Shown in pieces: positions 15,228-24,000 of a stretch of 24,000 bases of DNA. The stretch covers positions 1 through 24,000 of the forward strand of contig NZ_JBLRWZ010000018.1 in the NCBI RefSeq assembly GCF_047920995.1. The letters run 5' to 3'. The notes under the pieces were generated by a model that was given only the letters and a program-made list of their open reading frames with translations, was not told the DNA's origin and did not search any database. How positions within the stretch are numbered: the stretch's first letter is position 1; every line of letters begins with the position of its first letter. The position numbers were made by a program, and so were the translations under genes. This stretch comes from Aliidiomarina sp. Lineage in GTDB: Bacteria; Pseudomonadota; Gammaproteobacteria; Enterobacterales; Alteromonadaceae.

Positions 15228-15586
15228 TAATTATTCACACTAAAACTTTCACCACAGCCACACATATCAGCTACGTTCGGGTTATTAAACTTCACCACAC
15301 CATTTATGCCTTCGCGCACATAATCAATTTCTGTGTTGCGCAGTAAATTCACCGAATCGCTGGCAATCGCCACGATTAGGTTGTTATTTACCTGCACCAC
15401 TTCATCATCGCTTGCCGGCGCCTCTGCCATATCCAGCACATAAGCGTAGCCAGTGCAGCCGTTCACTTTCGTGCTTACACGCACAATTTTACCCGGCTCA
15501 TTTGCCAACTTATTGGTGAAATGCCGCACCGCACTCTCGGTGAGCGTTATAATATCTTTGCTTGGAATATACGCTTCAACAGACAT
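15227..15586 (-). CDS. sufA: A-type Fe-S cluster carrier (HesB/IscA/SufA family)
   Basis: 119 aa with the three family Cys residues: VNGCTGYAY and C-terminal CGCGESF. Confidence 0.9.
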   Translation of the reverse strand: MSVEAYIPSKDIITLTESAVRHFTNKLANEPGKIVRVSTKVNGCTGYAYVLDMAEAPASDDEVVQVNNNLIVAIASDSVNLLRNTEIDYVREGINGVVKFNNPNVADMCGCGESFSVNN

Positions 15587-15600
15587 AATTTGCCTCCAGC

Positions 15601-16824
15601 TTACAGCAACATCGATTGAGCTTTCTTCAGCCCAGCGAACAAGCGTTCAACTTCTTGTTCCGTGTTGTAAATAGAAAATGAAGCCCGCGCTGTGCCTGGC
15701 ACATTTAAACGGCGCATCAGTGGCTGGGCACAATGTTCGCCCGTGCGAATGGCAATGCCTTGGCGATCTAGCAAAAAGCCAATATCGGCAGGGTGAGCGC
15801 CTTCTAGCACAAAGCTTAAGATGGCCACTTTATCTGCCGCTGCGCCTACTACCCGCATTGCCGGCAGCTGTTCAGCTAATTCTAACGCGCGCGCTAACAG
15901 TAATTTCTCGTGCGCTTGCATAGCCACTACATCTTGTGCGGCTAACCAATTCACTGCTGCGCCTAAACCAATAACACCGGCAATATTTGGCGTGCCAGCC
16001 TCTAACCGATTAGGTAGCTCACCCCAGGTAGCATCCTGATAGGTAACACTTGCTATCATTTCACCACCGGTTAACCAAACGGGCCAATCTGCTAATACTG
16101 ATTTACGGCCCCATAATACACCCACACCTGTAGGTGCGAATAGCTTGTGGCCAGAAAATACGTAAAAATCAGCACCTACTGCCTGTACATCAACACCACC
16201 ATGGGCAACGCCTTGGGCACCATCAATTAATACCAGCGCAGCGGGCGCTTTCACGCGTACCTGAGCAGTAAGTTTTTGCACTGCATTTACCGTACCTAGC
16301 GCGTTGGAAATGTGCGGCATCGCCACCATTTTCACGTTTCTGTTCAGTAATGCCGTAAATGCTTCCTCATTCAAGCTACCATCATCAAAAATGGGCGCGA
16401 TTTTTAACGTTGCACCGCTCGCTTTACAGGCTTGTTGCCACGGAATAAGGTTGGCATGGTGTTCAAGCTCAGTAACAATTACTTCATCACCTTCTTGCAA
16501 CCGCTCGCTCATACCTTTGGCAATAATGTTAATGCTTTCGGTAGTACCGCTGGTCCAAATTACTTCCGCTCGGCTACTTGCATTAATAAACGCAGCTACA
16601 TCATCACGGGCTTTTTCATAACGCCGCGTAGCTTCATCAGAAAGCTTATGCGCACCACGGTGCACATTCGAGTTGCACTCGGTATAGAATGCTAAAATTG
16701 CATCTAGCACTGCTTGTGGTTTTTGCGTAGTAGCGGCGTTATCCAAATATACCAGCGGTGAACCATTTACTTGCTGCTGTAAAATTGGGAACTGCGCACG
16801 AATGGCCTCTACATCCCAGCTCAT
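15601..16824 (-). CDS. sufS: Cysteine desulfurase SufS (group II, PLP-dependent)
   Basis: 407 aa with the PLP-Lys motif SGHKLFAPTGVGVLWG and the catalytic Cys loop RTGEHCAQPL. Its start overlaps the sufD stop by 4 nt. Confidence 0.95.
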   Translation of the reverse strand: MSWDVEAIRAQFPILQQQVNGSPLVYLDNAATTQKPQAVLDAILAFYTECNSNVHRGAHKLSDEATRRYEKARDDVAAFINASSRAEVIWTSGTTESINIIAKGMSERLQEGDEVIVTELEHHANLIPWQQACKASGATLKIAPIFDDGSLNEEAFTALLNRNVKMVAMPHISNALGTVNAVQKLTAQVRVKAPAALVLIDGAQGVAHGGVDVQAVGADFYVFSGHKLFAPTGVGVLWGRKSVLADWPVWLTGGEMIASVTYQDATWGELPNRLEAGTPNIAGVIGLGAAVNWLAAQDVVAMQAHEKLLLARALELAEQLPAMRVVGAAADKVAILSFVLEGAHPADIGFLLDRQGIAIRTGEHCAQPLMRRLNVPGTARASFSIYNTEQEVERLFAGLKKAQSMLL

Positions 16825-18098
16825 TCAGCCTCCATCGCCACAAAGCGCTCACGCAAAATCGGCAGTAACCAATCCGCTAAGCTGTGGTTAGGCATTTGCG
16901 TGATTAGCTCCTGAATAAAACCAAAACTAAGCATTACTTTCGCTTGGCTAGCACTGAGCCCGCGCGAACGTAAGTAATACAGTGCTTCTTCATTTATTTC
17001 CGCTACCGTGGCACCGTGAGCACACTGCACGTCATCGGCATAAATTTCTAACTCAGGCTTAGTATTCACGCGCGCACCACGGGTGAGCAACAAATTACGG
17101 TTGTTCAATTCCGCTAACGTTTTCTGCGCATAACGGTGAATATGAATACGCCCGTTGAACACAGCCACGGCTTTATCGCCCACAATACCGCGCGCGTTTT
17201 GCTCAGTAGTGCCATTTGGCACCGCGTGTTCAATCGAACTATGGAGATCAAAATGTTCGTTGGGAGCTAACAAATAAATATTGTTAAATTTCGCAAACGC
17301 ATGCTCTCCGGCATGGTGAATATCCGCATCAATACGCGAGATCTGGCTACCATAGCCTACCAAGGTAGAGTTTAAGCGCGCTTCGTTGTGCAACTGAAAA
17401 TGGCTACCGCCAATGTGAATCACCTTACCGCCATGCAGAGCTAAACGATAGTGTTCAAGCTGCGCTTTATCGCCAATAAGGTATTCTGCAAAAGCCGTAT
17501 TGAATGCCGCCGTATCTGCACCACTTAAAGTAGCACCATGCTCAATAACAACAGCTTTCGCGCCAGCGCCTAAACGCACCAAAATACGGTTATGGCTTTC
17601 TACACCGGCGGTTACATAATTCACGATACGAATAGGTTGCTGCACCTCAGCGCCAGCCGCGATATCAATAATAATCCCTTGCTGCGCCAACGTATCATTC
17701 AGCAAACCAAACAAATGCTTTGCAGGTTTTACCTTAGTGAAAACGGCTTGGGCTACTTCTTTTGCTGGCGCATCGGCGTTGCTAAAACTGCTAACACGCA
17801 CACCACTTGGCAGTTGCAAGGCTTCGATTGCTGTTTGCAATTCGCCATCTACCAACACGATATCCAAGCTATTCAAACCAGCCACGGCAGGTGCATCATC
17901 TTGTTTAACAAGGCCAGAAGCTGAAGTGAGCGCTAACTTATCAAACGCATGCAAAGAGGTGTAACGCCATGCTTCAGTGCGGCGCCCAGGCCATTCTTGC
18001 GTTGCCAATAACGCCAGTGATTCTTTCCGCTGCGGCTGCAGCCAATCATTTACCGCACTGGCTCGTGCAATTGCTTGCGCTAACCACGATTGGCTCAT
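16821..18098 (-). CDS. sufD: Fe-S cluster assembly protein SufD
   Basis: 425 aa with a SufD-type beta-helix. The N-terminal EAWRYTSL motif is present and the C-terminal region parallels SufB (LEIYADDVQCAHGATV). It overlaps the sufC stop by 4 nt. Confidence 0.92.
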   Translation of the reverse strand: MSQSWLAQAIARASAVNDWLQPQRKESLALLATQEWPGRRTEAWRYTSLHAFDKLALTSASGLVKQDDAPAVAGLNSLDIVLVDGELQTAIEALQLPSGVRVSSFSNADAPAKEVAQAVFTKVKPAKHLFGLLNDTLAQQGIIIDIAAGAEVQQPIRIVNYVTAGVESHNRILVRLGAGAKAVVIEHGATLSGADTAAFNTAFAEYLIGDKAQLEHYRLALHGGKVIHIGGSHFQLHNEARLNSTLVGYGSQISRIDADIHHAGEHAFAKFNNIYLLAPNEHFDLHSSIEHAVPNGTTEQNARGIVGDKAVAVFNGRIHIHRYAQKTLAELNNRNLLLTRGARVNTKPELEIYADDVQCAHGATVAEINEEALYYLRSRGLSASQAKVMLSFGFIQELITQMPNHSLADWLLPILRERFVAMEAE

Positions 18099-18853
18099 TC
18101 TGCTTTCTCCCCAGCCTTTTCTAACCAGGCATAGCCGGTTTTCTCAACTTCTTTGGCCAGCTCAGGGCCGCCACTTTTAGCAACCTTGCCATCGGCAAGA
18201 ATGTGCACAAAATCCGGCTTAATGTAATCCAACAAACGCTGATAATGGGTAATGATGATAAAGCTGCGCTTGCCATCGCGTTGGCTATTTACGCCATTCG
18301 CCACTACTTGCAATGCATCAACATCCAAACCTGAATCCGATTCATCCAAGATACAAAGCTTCGGCTCTAACAAAATCATTTGCATAATTTCGTTACGCTT
18401 CTTCTCACCACCAGAAAAGCCTTCGTTTACACCGCGCTTCAAGAAATCCAGTGGCAAGTTCACTTGCTTGGCTGCTGCTTTCGCTTTCTTTAAAAACTCC
18501 GCTGCACTTAACGATTCTTCGCCACGCGCTTTGCGCATTACATTCACAGATTCTTTCATGAATTCCATGTTGCTTACGCCAGGAATCTCTACCGGGTATT
18601 GGAATGCTAAAAACAATCCGGCTTGAGCGCGCTCTTCAACTTCCAGATCCAACAAATTGGTACCGGAAAAATCAATGTTACCAGCGCTAGCTTCATAACC
18701 ATCGCGGCCTGATAACACATACCCGAGGGTACTTTTACCAGCGCCATTTGGGCCCATAATCGCATGAACTTCGCCCGGCCCAACTTCAAGATTTAAACCT
18801 TTTAAAATGTTCTGGTCTTCTACATTCGCATGCAGGTTTTTAATCGATAGCAT
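18095..18853 (-). CDS. sufC: Fe-S cluster assembly ATPase SufC
   Basis: 252 aa with Walker A GPNGAGKST, ABC signature FSGGEKKRNE, Walker B LCILDESDSGLD and H-loop ITHY. Confidence 0.95.
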   Translation of the reverse strand: MLSIKNLHANVEDQNILKGLNLEVGPGEVHAIMGPNGAGKSTLGYVLSGRDGYEASAGNIDFSGTNLLDLEVEERAQAGLFLAFQYPVEIPGVSNMEFMKESVNVMRKARGEESLSAAEFLKKAKAAAKQVNLPLDFLKRGVNEGFSGGEKKRNEIMQMILLEPKLCILDESDSGLDVDALQVVANGVNSQRDGKRSFIIITHYQRLLDYIKPDFVHILADGKVAKSGGPELAKEVEKTGYAWLEKAGEKAE

Positions 18854-18856
18854 TAC

Positions 18857-20293
18857 TTACCCCACTGAGCCTTCTAAACTGATTTCCAATAACTTACCGG
18901 CCTCAACCGCAAATTCCATAGGTAACTCTTTGAATACTTCTTTACAGAAGCCATTCACAATAAGCGATACCGCTTTCTCTGCATCCATTCCGCGTTGCTT
19001 GCATAAAAAGAGCTGATCATCACTCACCTTCGAGGTGGTTGCTTCATGTTCAACAATGGCGGAAGGGTTGCTGCTCTCAATGTACGGAAAGGTATGCGCC
19101 CCACACTGATCGCCAATTAACAGTGAATCACACTCGGTAAAATTACGGGCGCCATCAGCATTTGGCCCCATGCGCACCAAACCGCGGTACGCGTTACTAC
19201 TGCGCCCCGCTGAAATACCCTTGGAAATAATGGTTGATTTGGTATTTTTACCTAAGTGAATCATCTTCGTGCCAGTATCGGCTTGCTGCATGCCGCGGGT
19301 AAGGGCTACCGAATAGAATTCGCCAACACTATTATCGCCTTTCAGAATACAGCTTGGGTATTTCCAAGTAACCGCTGAACCCGTTTCTACTTGGGTCCAA
19401 GAAATCTTGGCATTCTTCTCGCAAATACCACGCTTGGTTACGAAGTTGTAGATACCGCCTTTACCGTTTTCATCACCTGGATACCAGTTTTGTACGGTTG
19501 AGTACTTAATTTCTGCATCATCTAAAGCCACTAACTCAACCACCGCCGCATGGAGCTGATTTTCATCGCGCTGAGGTGCGGTACAACCTTCCAAGTAGCT
19601 AACGTAGCTGCCCTCTTCGGCAATAATGAGTGTACGTTCAAACTGCCCAGTATTCAGCTCGTTAATACGGAAATAGGTAGAGAGTTCCATTGGGCTACGT
19701 ACACCTTTTGGAATGTATACAAAGGAGCCATCGGTAAACACAGCTGAATTCAACGCAGCAAAAAAGTTATCGGCCCGTGGAACAACGGTGCCAAGGTATT
19801 TCTTCACTAACTCTGGATATTTTTTAATGGCTTCGGAAATGGGGCAAAAGATTACGCCCGCTTCTTCCAGCTTCGCGCGGAAGGTAGTTACCACCGATAC
19901 CGAATCGAACACGGCATCTACCGCAACACCCGCGAGCATCTCTTGCTCATGCAGTGGGATACCTAGTTTTTCATAGGTGCGCAGTAATTCCGGATCTACT
20001 TCAGCAAGCGATTGCGGCTTATCTTTCATACTTTTCGGTGCCGAATAGTATGAAATTGATTGGTAATCAATTAAATCATAGCCGATATGTGCCCAATCTG
20101 GTTCAGGCATCTTCTTCCAAAGTTCAAATGCGCGCAAGCGCCATTCGAGCATCCACTCGGGCTCTTCTTTCATTGCAGAAATGTGCCGAATCACATCTTC
20201 ACTGAGGCCTGGCGGCAAAGTGTCTGATGCAATATCAGAAATAAAGCCGGCTTCATATTTTCGCGCGATGGCCTGGTCGATTTGTTCACTCAT
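18857..20293 (-). CDS. sufB: Fe-S cluster assembly scaffold SufB
   Basis: 478 aa. The C-terminal region is highly conserved SufB ([58 protein letters not shown]). It is the first gene of the operon. Confidence 0.95.
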   Translation of the reverse strand: MSEQIDQAIARKYEAGFISDIASDTLPPGLSEDVIRHISAMKEEPEWMLEWRLRAFELWKKMPEPDWAHIGYDLIDYQSISYYSAPKSMKDKPQSLAEVDPELLRTYEKLGIPLHEQEMLAGVAVDAVFDSVSVVTTFRAKLEEAGVIFCPISEAIKKYPELVKKYLGTVVPRADNFFAALNSAVFTDGSFVYIPKGVRSPMELSTYFRINELNTGQFERTLIIAEEGSYVSYLEGCTAPQRDENQLHAAVVELVALDDAEIKYSTVQNWYPGDENGKGGIYNFVTKRGICEKNAKISWTQVETGSAVTWKYPSCILKGDNSVGEFYSVALTRGMQQADTGTKMIHLGKNTKSTIISKGISAGRSSNAYRGLVRMGPNADGARNFTECDSLLIGDQCGAHTFPYIESSNPSAIVEHEATTSKVSDDQLFLCKQRGMDAEKAVSLIVNGFCKEVFKELPMEFAVEAGKLLEISLEGSVG

Positions 20294-20330
20294 GATAAAC
20301 CTACTTAGTTTCTATCAAGGATGCCTGAAT

Positions 20331-20362
20331 TATATATTACCCGAGTATTTCACTCAAGTATT
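20331..20362 (-). promoter_or_regulatory. Candidate suf promoter/operator: -10-like TATATAAT (minus strand) directly downstream of a repeated CyCrAGTATT motif
   Basis: The minus strand reads AATACTTGAGTGAAATACTCGGGTAATATATAATTC, about 35 nt upstream of the sufB ATG. On the plus strand CCCGAGTATT and CTCAAGTATT repeat 13 nt apart. The half-site ATTACCCGA fits the AxxxCCxxA half of the IscR type-2 pattern as I recall it; the second half does not fit. Confidence 0.3.
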
Positions 20363-20813
20363 AAGCGGCGCATATTGCTCGCGCGCCAAAAAGGCCAATT
20401 TAAGCGTATAAACCACATCAATTGTAAAAGGTTTGTAGAATATTCACGTGCCAGCAAAAAATGGTGCTTATTGTACCATTAAATGGGCATTTTAGTTTAC
20501 TTTCAGAAAGGAATTAAGCGCAGAAGTGGCAACCAACAATGCTGGTTACCACTCTTGGAGTAGGTGTATGCCAGAGCAAAGTAGTTAACTGAAGAGCCCA
20601 ATCGTTGAACATTCCTCGTAGTATTACAAATTTATGAAGTTAATATGGCGGAATGTGCAGTTTATGCTTTTTCTCACTGCAACTTCATGGATATAATGGC
20701 GGCTCAATTAACCAATAGAGCAGAGCTCGGCGCAGTAAATTTACGATTTGTTGAGGGATTCACCGATCTTGCCGTTCAACGAATCAATACTGTTCTGAAT
20801 CTAATAAGAGCCT

Positions 20814-22550
20814 ATGTCCTACTCATTTTTTGATTTTCTACAATTAATCGGTTCATTGGGTATTTTCATTTTTGGAATGAAGATTTTCAGTGAAGGGCTA
20901 CAAAAAATTGCTGGCAGCCGCTTAAAAGGCATTCTCGGCGGCATGACCCAGAACAGAATATCCGGTGTGGTTACTGGCTTCGCAACCACCGCTATTACCC
21001 AATCCTCCACTACCACAACGGTTATGGCAGTAAGTTTCGTAAACGCTGGTTTGCTTACCTTTGTGCAATCCACCGGTGTGATTATGGGGGCCAATATTGG
21101 TACTACCATCACCGCTTGGATGGTGGCAATTTTTGGCTTTAAAACACAGATTACCCCCATCGCCCTGGCCGTAATTGGTATTTTCTTCGCTTTCTTGTTT
21201 TCCGGTAATAGCCGCTTACGCAATATTGCCGAAACTATGGTTGGCTTTGGTATCTTGTTTATTGGTCTCGAGTTTATTAAAGGCTCAGTGCCAGATATCA
21301 ATGCCAATCCAGAGATTTTCGCCTTTTTAGACAGTTACACTGATTATGGGTTTCTTTCGCTCATATTGTTTGTAGTTGTTGGTGCGGTTCTTACCTTACT
21401 TACCCAAAGTTCCTCGGCTGCCACCGCCATTACCTTGGTAATGCTCTTCGAAGGATGGGTGCCGTTCCCCATCGCTGCCGCCATGATCTTAGGTGAAAAT
21501 ATTGGTACCACCGTAACCGCCAATATTGCCGCATTAGTAGGCAATGTGCATGCGAAAAGGGCGGCACGATTCCACTTCTTCTTCAATATTATTGGTGTGA
21601 TTTGGATGCTCGTGCTTATCTACCCATTCCTGCACTTGATGGATATTGCCATCCAGTACTTCTTCGCAACTGATGTATCCGTAATGGGAACTACCGCAGA
21701 AGCACGAACCAACGGTACCTTAGCGCTATCGCTGTTCCATACATCGTTTAATATTCTCAACGTGCTCTTGCTGTTTGCCTTTGTGCCCATGTTGGTGCGG
21801 TTTGTGGAATATATTCAGCCGGATCGTGGTGGCGAAGATGAAGAGTTCCACTTGCGCTATATCAGCGCGGGGCCAATGACATCACCAGGCTTCTCTGTTG
21901 AGCAGGCGCATAAAGAAGCCCAGCAAATGGGTGATATCATCGAGAAGATGCATCATTCAGTGCAAGAGCTATTGTTTGATCCAAAAGCAGATAGAGCCAA
22001 GCTGGTTGATAAGATTCATAAATATGAAGAAACCACAGATCAAATTGAAGTGGAAATTTCTGATTATTTAGTACGTATCAGTGAACATACTAACTTGGAA
22101 CACTCGCTTACCGAGCGTATTCGTTTCATGCAAACCATGATTAATGATATGGAGCGTATCGCTGATATCTATTATCAAATCGCTAAACTTACTGAGCGTT
22201 TCGATGAATCAAGCTCAAGTTGGCCAGAAGTGGCATCAAGTGAAATGGCGGAAATGCTGGAAGCCGTTGGTAAAGCGATTGTAATCATGCAAGAGAACCT
22301 TGCCGCGAACTCAGGTAATGCAAACCTTGATAAAGCGCTGGTTGCAGAACAACACGTAGATGCCACGCGCGATCAATATCGTGATACACACTACGCCCGT
22401 TTAGAAGCAGGCGAGTATGCGGCGCGGGCCGGGGTTATTTTCATTGATATGCTCAACCGTTTAGAGCGTATTGGTGATCACATTCTTAACGTGAATGAAT
22501 CGGCTGCAGGCCGCCGTTTAAAAGCAGTGCGCACCGATGGTGATGATTAA
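20814..22550 (+). CDS. Na+/phosphate cotransporter family protein with C-terminal PhoU-like domain (NptA/YjbB type)
   Basis: 578 aa. The N-terminus is FLQLIGSLGIFIFGMKIFSEGLQKIAGSRLK. There are two Na_Pi_cotrans repeats (TQSSTTTTVMAVSFVNAGL and TQSSSAATAITLVML...GENIGTTVTA). The C-terminal helical PhoU-like repeats carry MERIADIYY and LERIGDHILN. Confidence 0.9.
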   Translation: MSYSFFDFLQLIGSLGIFIFGMKIFSEGLQKIAGSRLKGILGGMTQNRISGVVTGFATTAITQSSTTTTVMAVSFVNAGLLTFVQSTGVIMGANIGTTITAWMVAIFGFKTQITPIALAVIGIFFAFLFSGNSRLRNIAETMVGFGILFIGLEFIKGSVPDINANPEIFAFLDSYTDYGFLSLILFVVVGAVLTLLTQSSSAATAITLVMLFEGWVPFPIAAAMILGENIGTTVTANIAALVGNVHAKRAARFHFFFNIIGVIWMLVLIYPFLHLMDIAIQYFFATDVSVMGTTAEARTNGTLALSLFHTSFNILNVLLLFAFVPMLVRFVEYIQPDRGGEDEEFHLRYISAGPMTSPGFSVEQAHKEAQQMGDIIEKMHHSVQELLFDPKADRAKLVDKIHKYEETTDQIEVEISDYLVRISEHTNLEHSLTERIRFMQTMINDMERIADIYYQIAKLTERFDESSSSWPEVASSEMAEMLEAVGKAIVIMQENLAANSGNANLDKALVAEQHVDATRDQYRDTHYARLEAGEYAARAGVIFIDMLNRLERIGDHILNVNESAAGRRLKAVRTDGDD

Positions 22551-22596
22551 CCACTAGCGTGGATACAGCAGCCCTGTATATCAACCTAGTTCAAGT

Positions 22597-22622
22597 AAAG
22601 GAGCGCTTCGGTGCTTCTTTTT
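22597..22622 (+). terminator. Rho-independent terminator candidate for the Na/Pi cotransporter gene
   Basis: The stem AAGGAGC/GCTTCTT (one G-U pair) encloses the loop GCTTCGGT and is followed by a T run. It lies about 47 nt after the stop. Confidence 0.55.
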
Positions 22623-22657
22623 GTTAGCATCGGCCACTCATTGTTAGCAACAGCCAC

Positions 22658-22692
22658 GAAAAAAGGAGGCGCTATATGGCAACCTCCTTTTT
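22658..22692. terminator. Bidirectional rho-independent terminator between convergent genes
   Basis: The sequence is GAAAAAAGGAGG-cgctatatggcaa-CCTCCTTTTTG: a perfect GGAGG/CCTCC core extended by complementary A and T runs. It lies 36 nt downstream of the prpF stop on the minus strand. Confidence 0.7.
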
Positions 22693-22727
22693 GCTTTTCT
22701 TACTGCATCACTAAAGCGTTCTATACC

Positions 22728-23903
22728 CTAGATATTAATAGGCGGAATTCGTACCCAACCTTCCATCAACACCCGCGCGCTGCGGCTCATGATTGCTTTA
22801 GTAACCTGCCAATTGCCTGCTACTTGCTTTGCTTCTGCGCCTACCCGTAACGTACCAGAAGGATGGCCAAAGGTAACGGCAGTACGATCACCGCCACCAG
22901 CGGCTAAGTTAACTAAAGTGCCCGGTACCGCCGCAGCAGTGCCAATTGCCACTGCCGCAGTGCCCATCATGGCATGGTGCAGTTTACCCATAGAAAGTGC
23001 ACGCACATTCAGATCGATATCCGCAGCATTAATATTTTTGCCACTCGAAGAAACATAACTTGCCGGCGGAGCTACAAACGCGATCTTCGGTGTATGCTGG
23101 CGAGCCTCGGCTTCACTCACATCACTAATTAAGCCCATTTGTAATGCGCCATAGGCCCGTAACTTTTCGAAAAACGCCAATGCTTCTGGGTTTTCGTTAA
23201 TGGCACCTTGCAATTCAGTACCCAGATACCCGATATCAGCGGCATTCACAAAAATAGTGGGAATGCCGGCGTTAATCATGGTTGCTTTAAAAGTGCCCAT
23301 GTTCGGCACATGCAAATCATCGATTAAGTTACCGGTAGGGAACATCGCTCCTTCGCCATCGGCAGGATCAAGAAACTCAATCGGCACTTCTGCAGCTGGA
23401 AAAGTAACCCCATCCAGCTCAAAATCACCAGTTTCTTGCACTTCACCATTACTAATGGGCACATGGGCAATAATGGTTTTCTTGATATTTGCCTGCCAAA
23501 TCCGTACCACGGCAGTGCCATTTTCAGGCACCCGGTTGCGATCTACTAAACCACTGCTTACGGCGAACGAGCCTACCGCAGAGGTTAGGTTGCCGCAGTT
23601 ACCGCTCCAATCGATAAATGCTTTATCAATAGCTACTTGGCCAAATAAATAATCCACATCGTGATTGGCTTGGCTGCTCGGTGACAAGATCACAGTTTTA
23701 CTAGTACTAGACGTAGCACCACCCATACCATCGGTATGCTTACCATATGGATCCGGCGAGCCAATTACCCTTAGTAACATTGCATCACGCTCCGGCCCCG
23801 GTTGCTGTGCAGCCGTTGGTAAATCAGCAAGGCGGAAAAACACACCTTTACTGGTACCGCCACGCATATAAGTGGCGGGAATCTTAATTTGCGGTTTATG
23901 CAT
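22728..23903 (-). CDS. prpF: 2-methylaconitate cis-trans isomerase PrpF (AcnD-accessory protein, methylcitrate cycle)
   Basis: 391 aa. The PrpF N-terminus is IPATYMRGGTSKGVFF, the diaminopimelate-epimerase-like fold motif is WSGNCGNLTSAVG, and the C-terminus is HPSGTLRVGA. Confidence 0.9.
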   Translation of the reverse strand: MHKPQIKIPATYMRGGTSKGVFFRLADLPTAAQQPGPERDAMLLRVIGSPDPYGKHTDGMGGATSSTSKTVILSPSSQANHDVDYLFGQVAIDKAFIDWSGNCGNLTSAVGSFAVSSGLVDRNRVPENGTAVVRIWQANIKKTIIAHVPISNGEVQETGDFELDGVTFPAAEVPIEFLDPADGEGAMFPTGNLIDDLHVPNMGTFKATMINAGIPTIFVNAADIGYLGTELQGAINENPEALAFFEKLRAYGALQMGLISDVSEAEARQHTPKIAFVAPPASYVSSSGKNINAADIDLNVRALSMGKLHHAMMGTAAVAIGTAAAVPGTLVNLAAGGGDRTAVTFGHPSGTLRVGAEAKQVAGNWQVTKAIMSRSARVLMEGWVRIPPINI

Positions 23904-23941
23904 CTAGCTATCCTCTACGCATGTGCTTGCAAAAGCGATAA

Positions 23942-23968
23942 GCGGCTGGGCATTAGCAGCCCAACCGC
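23942..23968 (-). terminator. GC-rich hairpin upstream of prpF (possible intercistronic terminator/attenuator after the upstream gene)
   Basis: The minus-strand RNA would be GCGGUUGGGC-UGCUAAU-GCCCAGCCGC (10 bp including one G-U), followed by UUAUCGCUUUU. All three minus-strand frames hit a stop between 23995 and 23953, so an upstream gene ends in this stretch. Confidence 0.35.
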
Positions 23969-24000
23969 TCATAGGGTGCACACCTTGTTACGTTAAGCGT

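Noticed and set aside
15453-19976. Numerous 60-125-aa plus-strand ORFs across the suf operon (e.g. 16304-16621, 17592-17924, 18252-18626)
   Set aside because: All are antisense to highly conserved suf genes and lack recognisable motifs. They are shadow ORFs.
20336-20362. Full IscR type-2 binding site upstream of sufB
   Set aside because: Only one half (AxxxCCxxA) fits the pattern as I remember it, and the other half (TAxGGxxxT) does not align. The two arms look more like a direct repeat than an inverted one. I kept it only as a low-confidence generic operator candidate.
20645-20833. 62-aa plus-strand ORF just upstream of, and overlapping, the Na/Pi transporter start
   Set aside because: There is no Shine-Dalgarno sequence upstream of its ATG and no recognisable motif. 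It overlaps the transporter start by 20 nt in another frame. I treat the region as non-coding leader or promoter.
22611-22850. 79-aa plus-strand ORF spanning the terminator region and the prpF 3' end
   Set aside because: It starts inside the terminator region, runs antisense into prpF, and has no RBS or motif.
1-24000. Search for mobile elements, defence systems, CRISPR arrays, tRNA or rRNA genes
   Set aside because: I saw no transposase, integrase or recombinase-like ORFs. I saw no terminal inverted repeats flanking a block, no regularly spaced direct repeats, and no tRNA-like T-arm (GGTTCGAATCC-type) motif.
23904-24000. Annotating the 3' end of an acnD-like gene upstream of prpF
   Set aside because: Synteny makes acnD likely. 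However, all three minus-strand frames stop within the last 50 nt of the window, and the visible tails (at most 15 residues) cannot be assigned to any family.

Overview
The window looks like a chromosomal segment of a moderate-GC Gram-negative bacterium, probably a marine gammaproteobacterium, though the taxon is only a guess. It is densely coding, and I found no rRNA, tRNA, CRISPR array, transposase or integrase. Layout, left to right:

- **1-2217:** distal part of an MNIO (DUF692) / DUF2063 / DoxX cluster of the bufferin RiPP type. The precursor gene appears to lie just off the left edge.
- **2214-3134:** a convergent AraC/cupin regulator.
- **3231-7123:** a tightly coupled four-gene plus-strand operon. 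It encodes a stand-alone HD-GYP phosphodiesterase with a C-terminal Cys4 ribbon, a DinB-fold protein, an NRDE/TANGO2 domain fused to a PlsC-type acyltransferase, and an OlsB-like GNAT N-acyltransferase.
- **7309-11144:** a lipoprotein with four Big_5 Ig-like domains and a C-terminal DUF3494 (ice-binding-like) domain, co-transcribed with an OmpA-family protein carrying two peptidoglycan-binding domains.
- **11213-14094:** a Crp-family regulator divergent from a periplasmic glutathione peroxidase, then a secreted choloylglycine-hydrolase-family Ntn hydrolase.
- **14209-20293:** a complete minus-strand sufBCDS-sufA-sufT-sufE Fe-S assembly operon.
- **20294-20813:** a 520-bp divergent intergenic region.
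- **20814-23903:** a Na/Pi-cotransporter/PhoU-domain protein and prpF.

The most unusual element is the HD-GYP / DinB / NRDE-acyltransferase / GNAT operon. I interpret it as a candidate aminolipid (N-acyl amino acid lipid) pathway that I do not recognise as described, containing a TANGO2-family domain fusion. All family calls come from motifs read by eye in the supplied translations; no searches were run.
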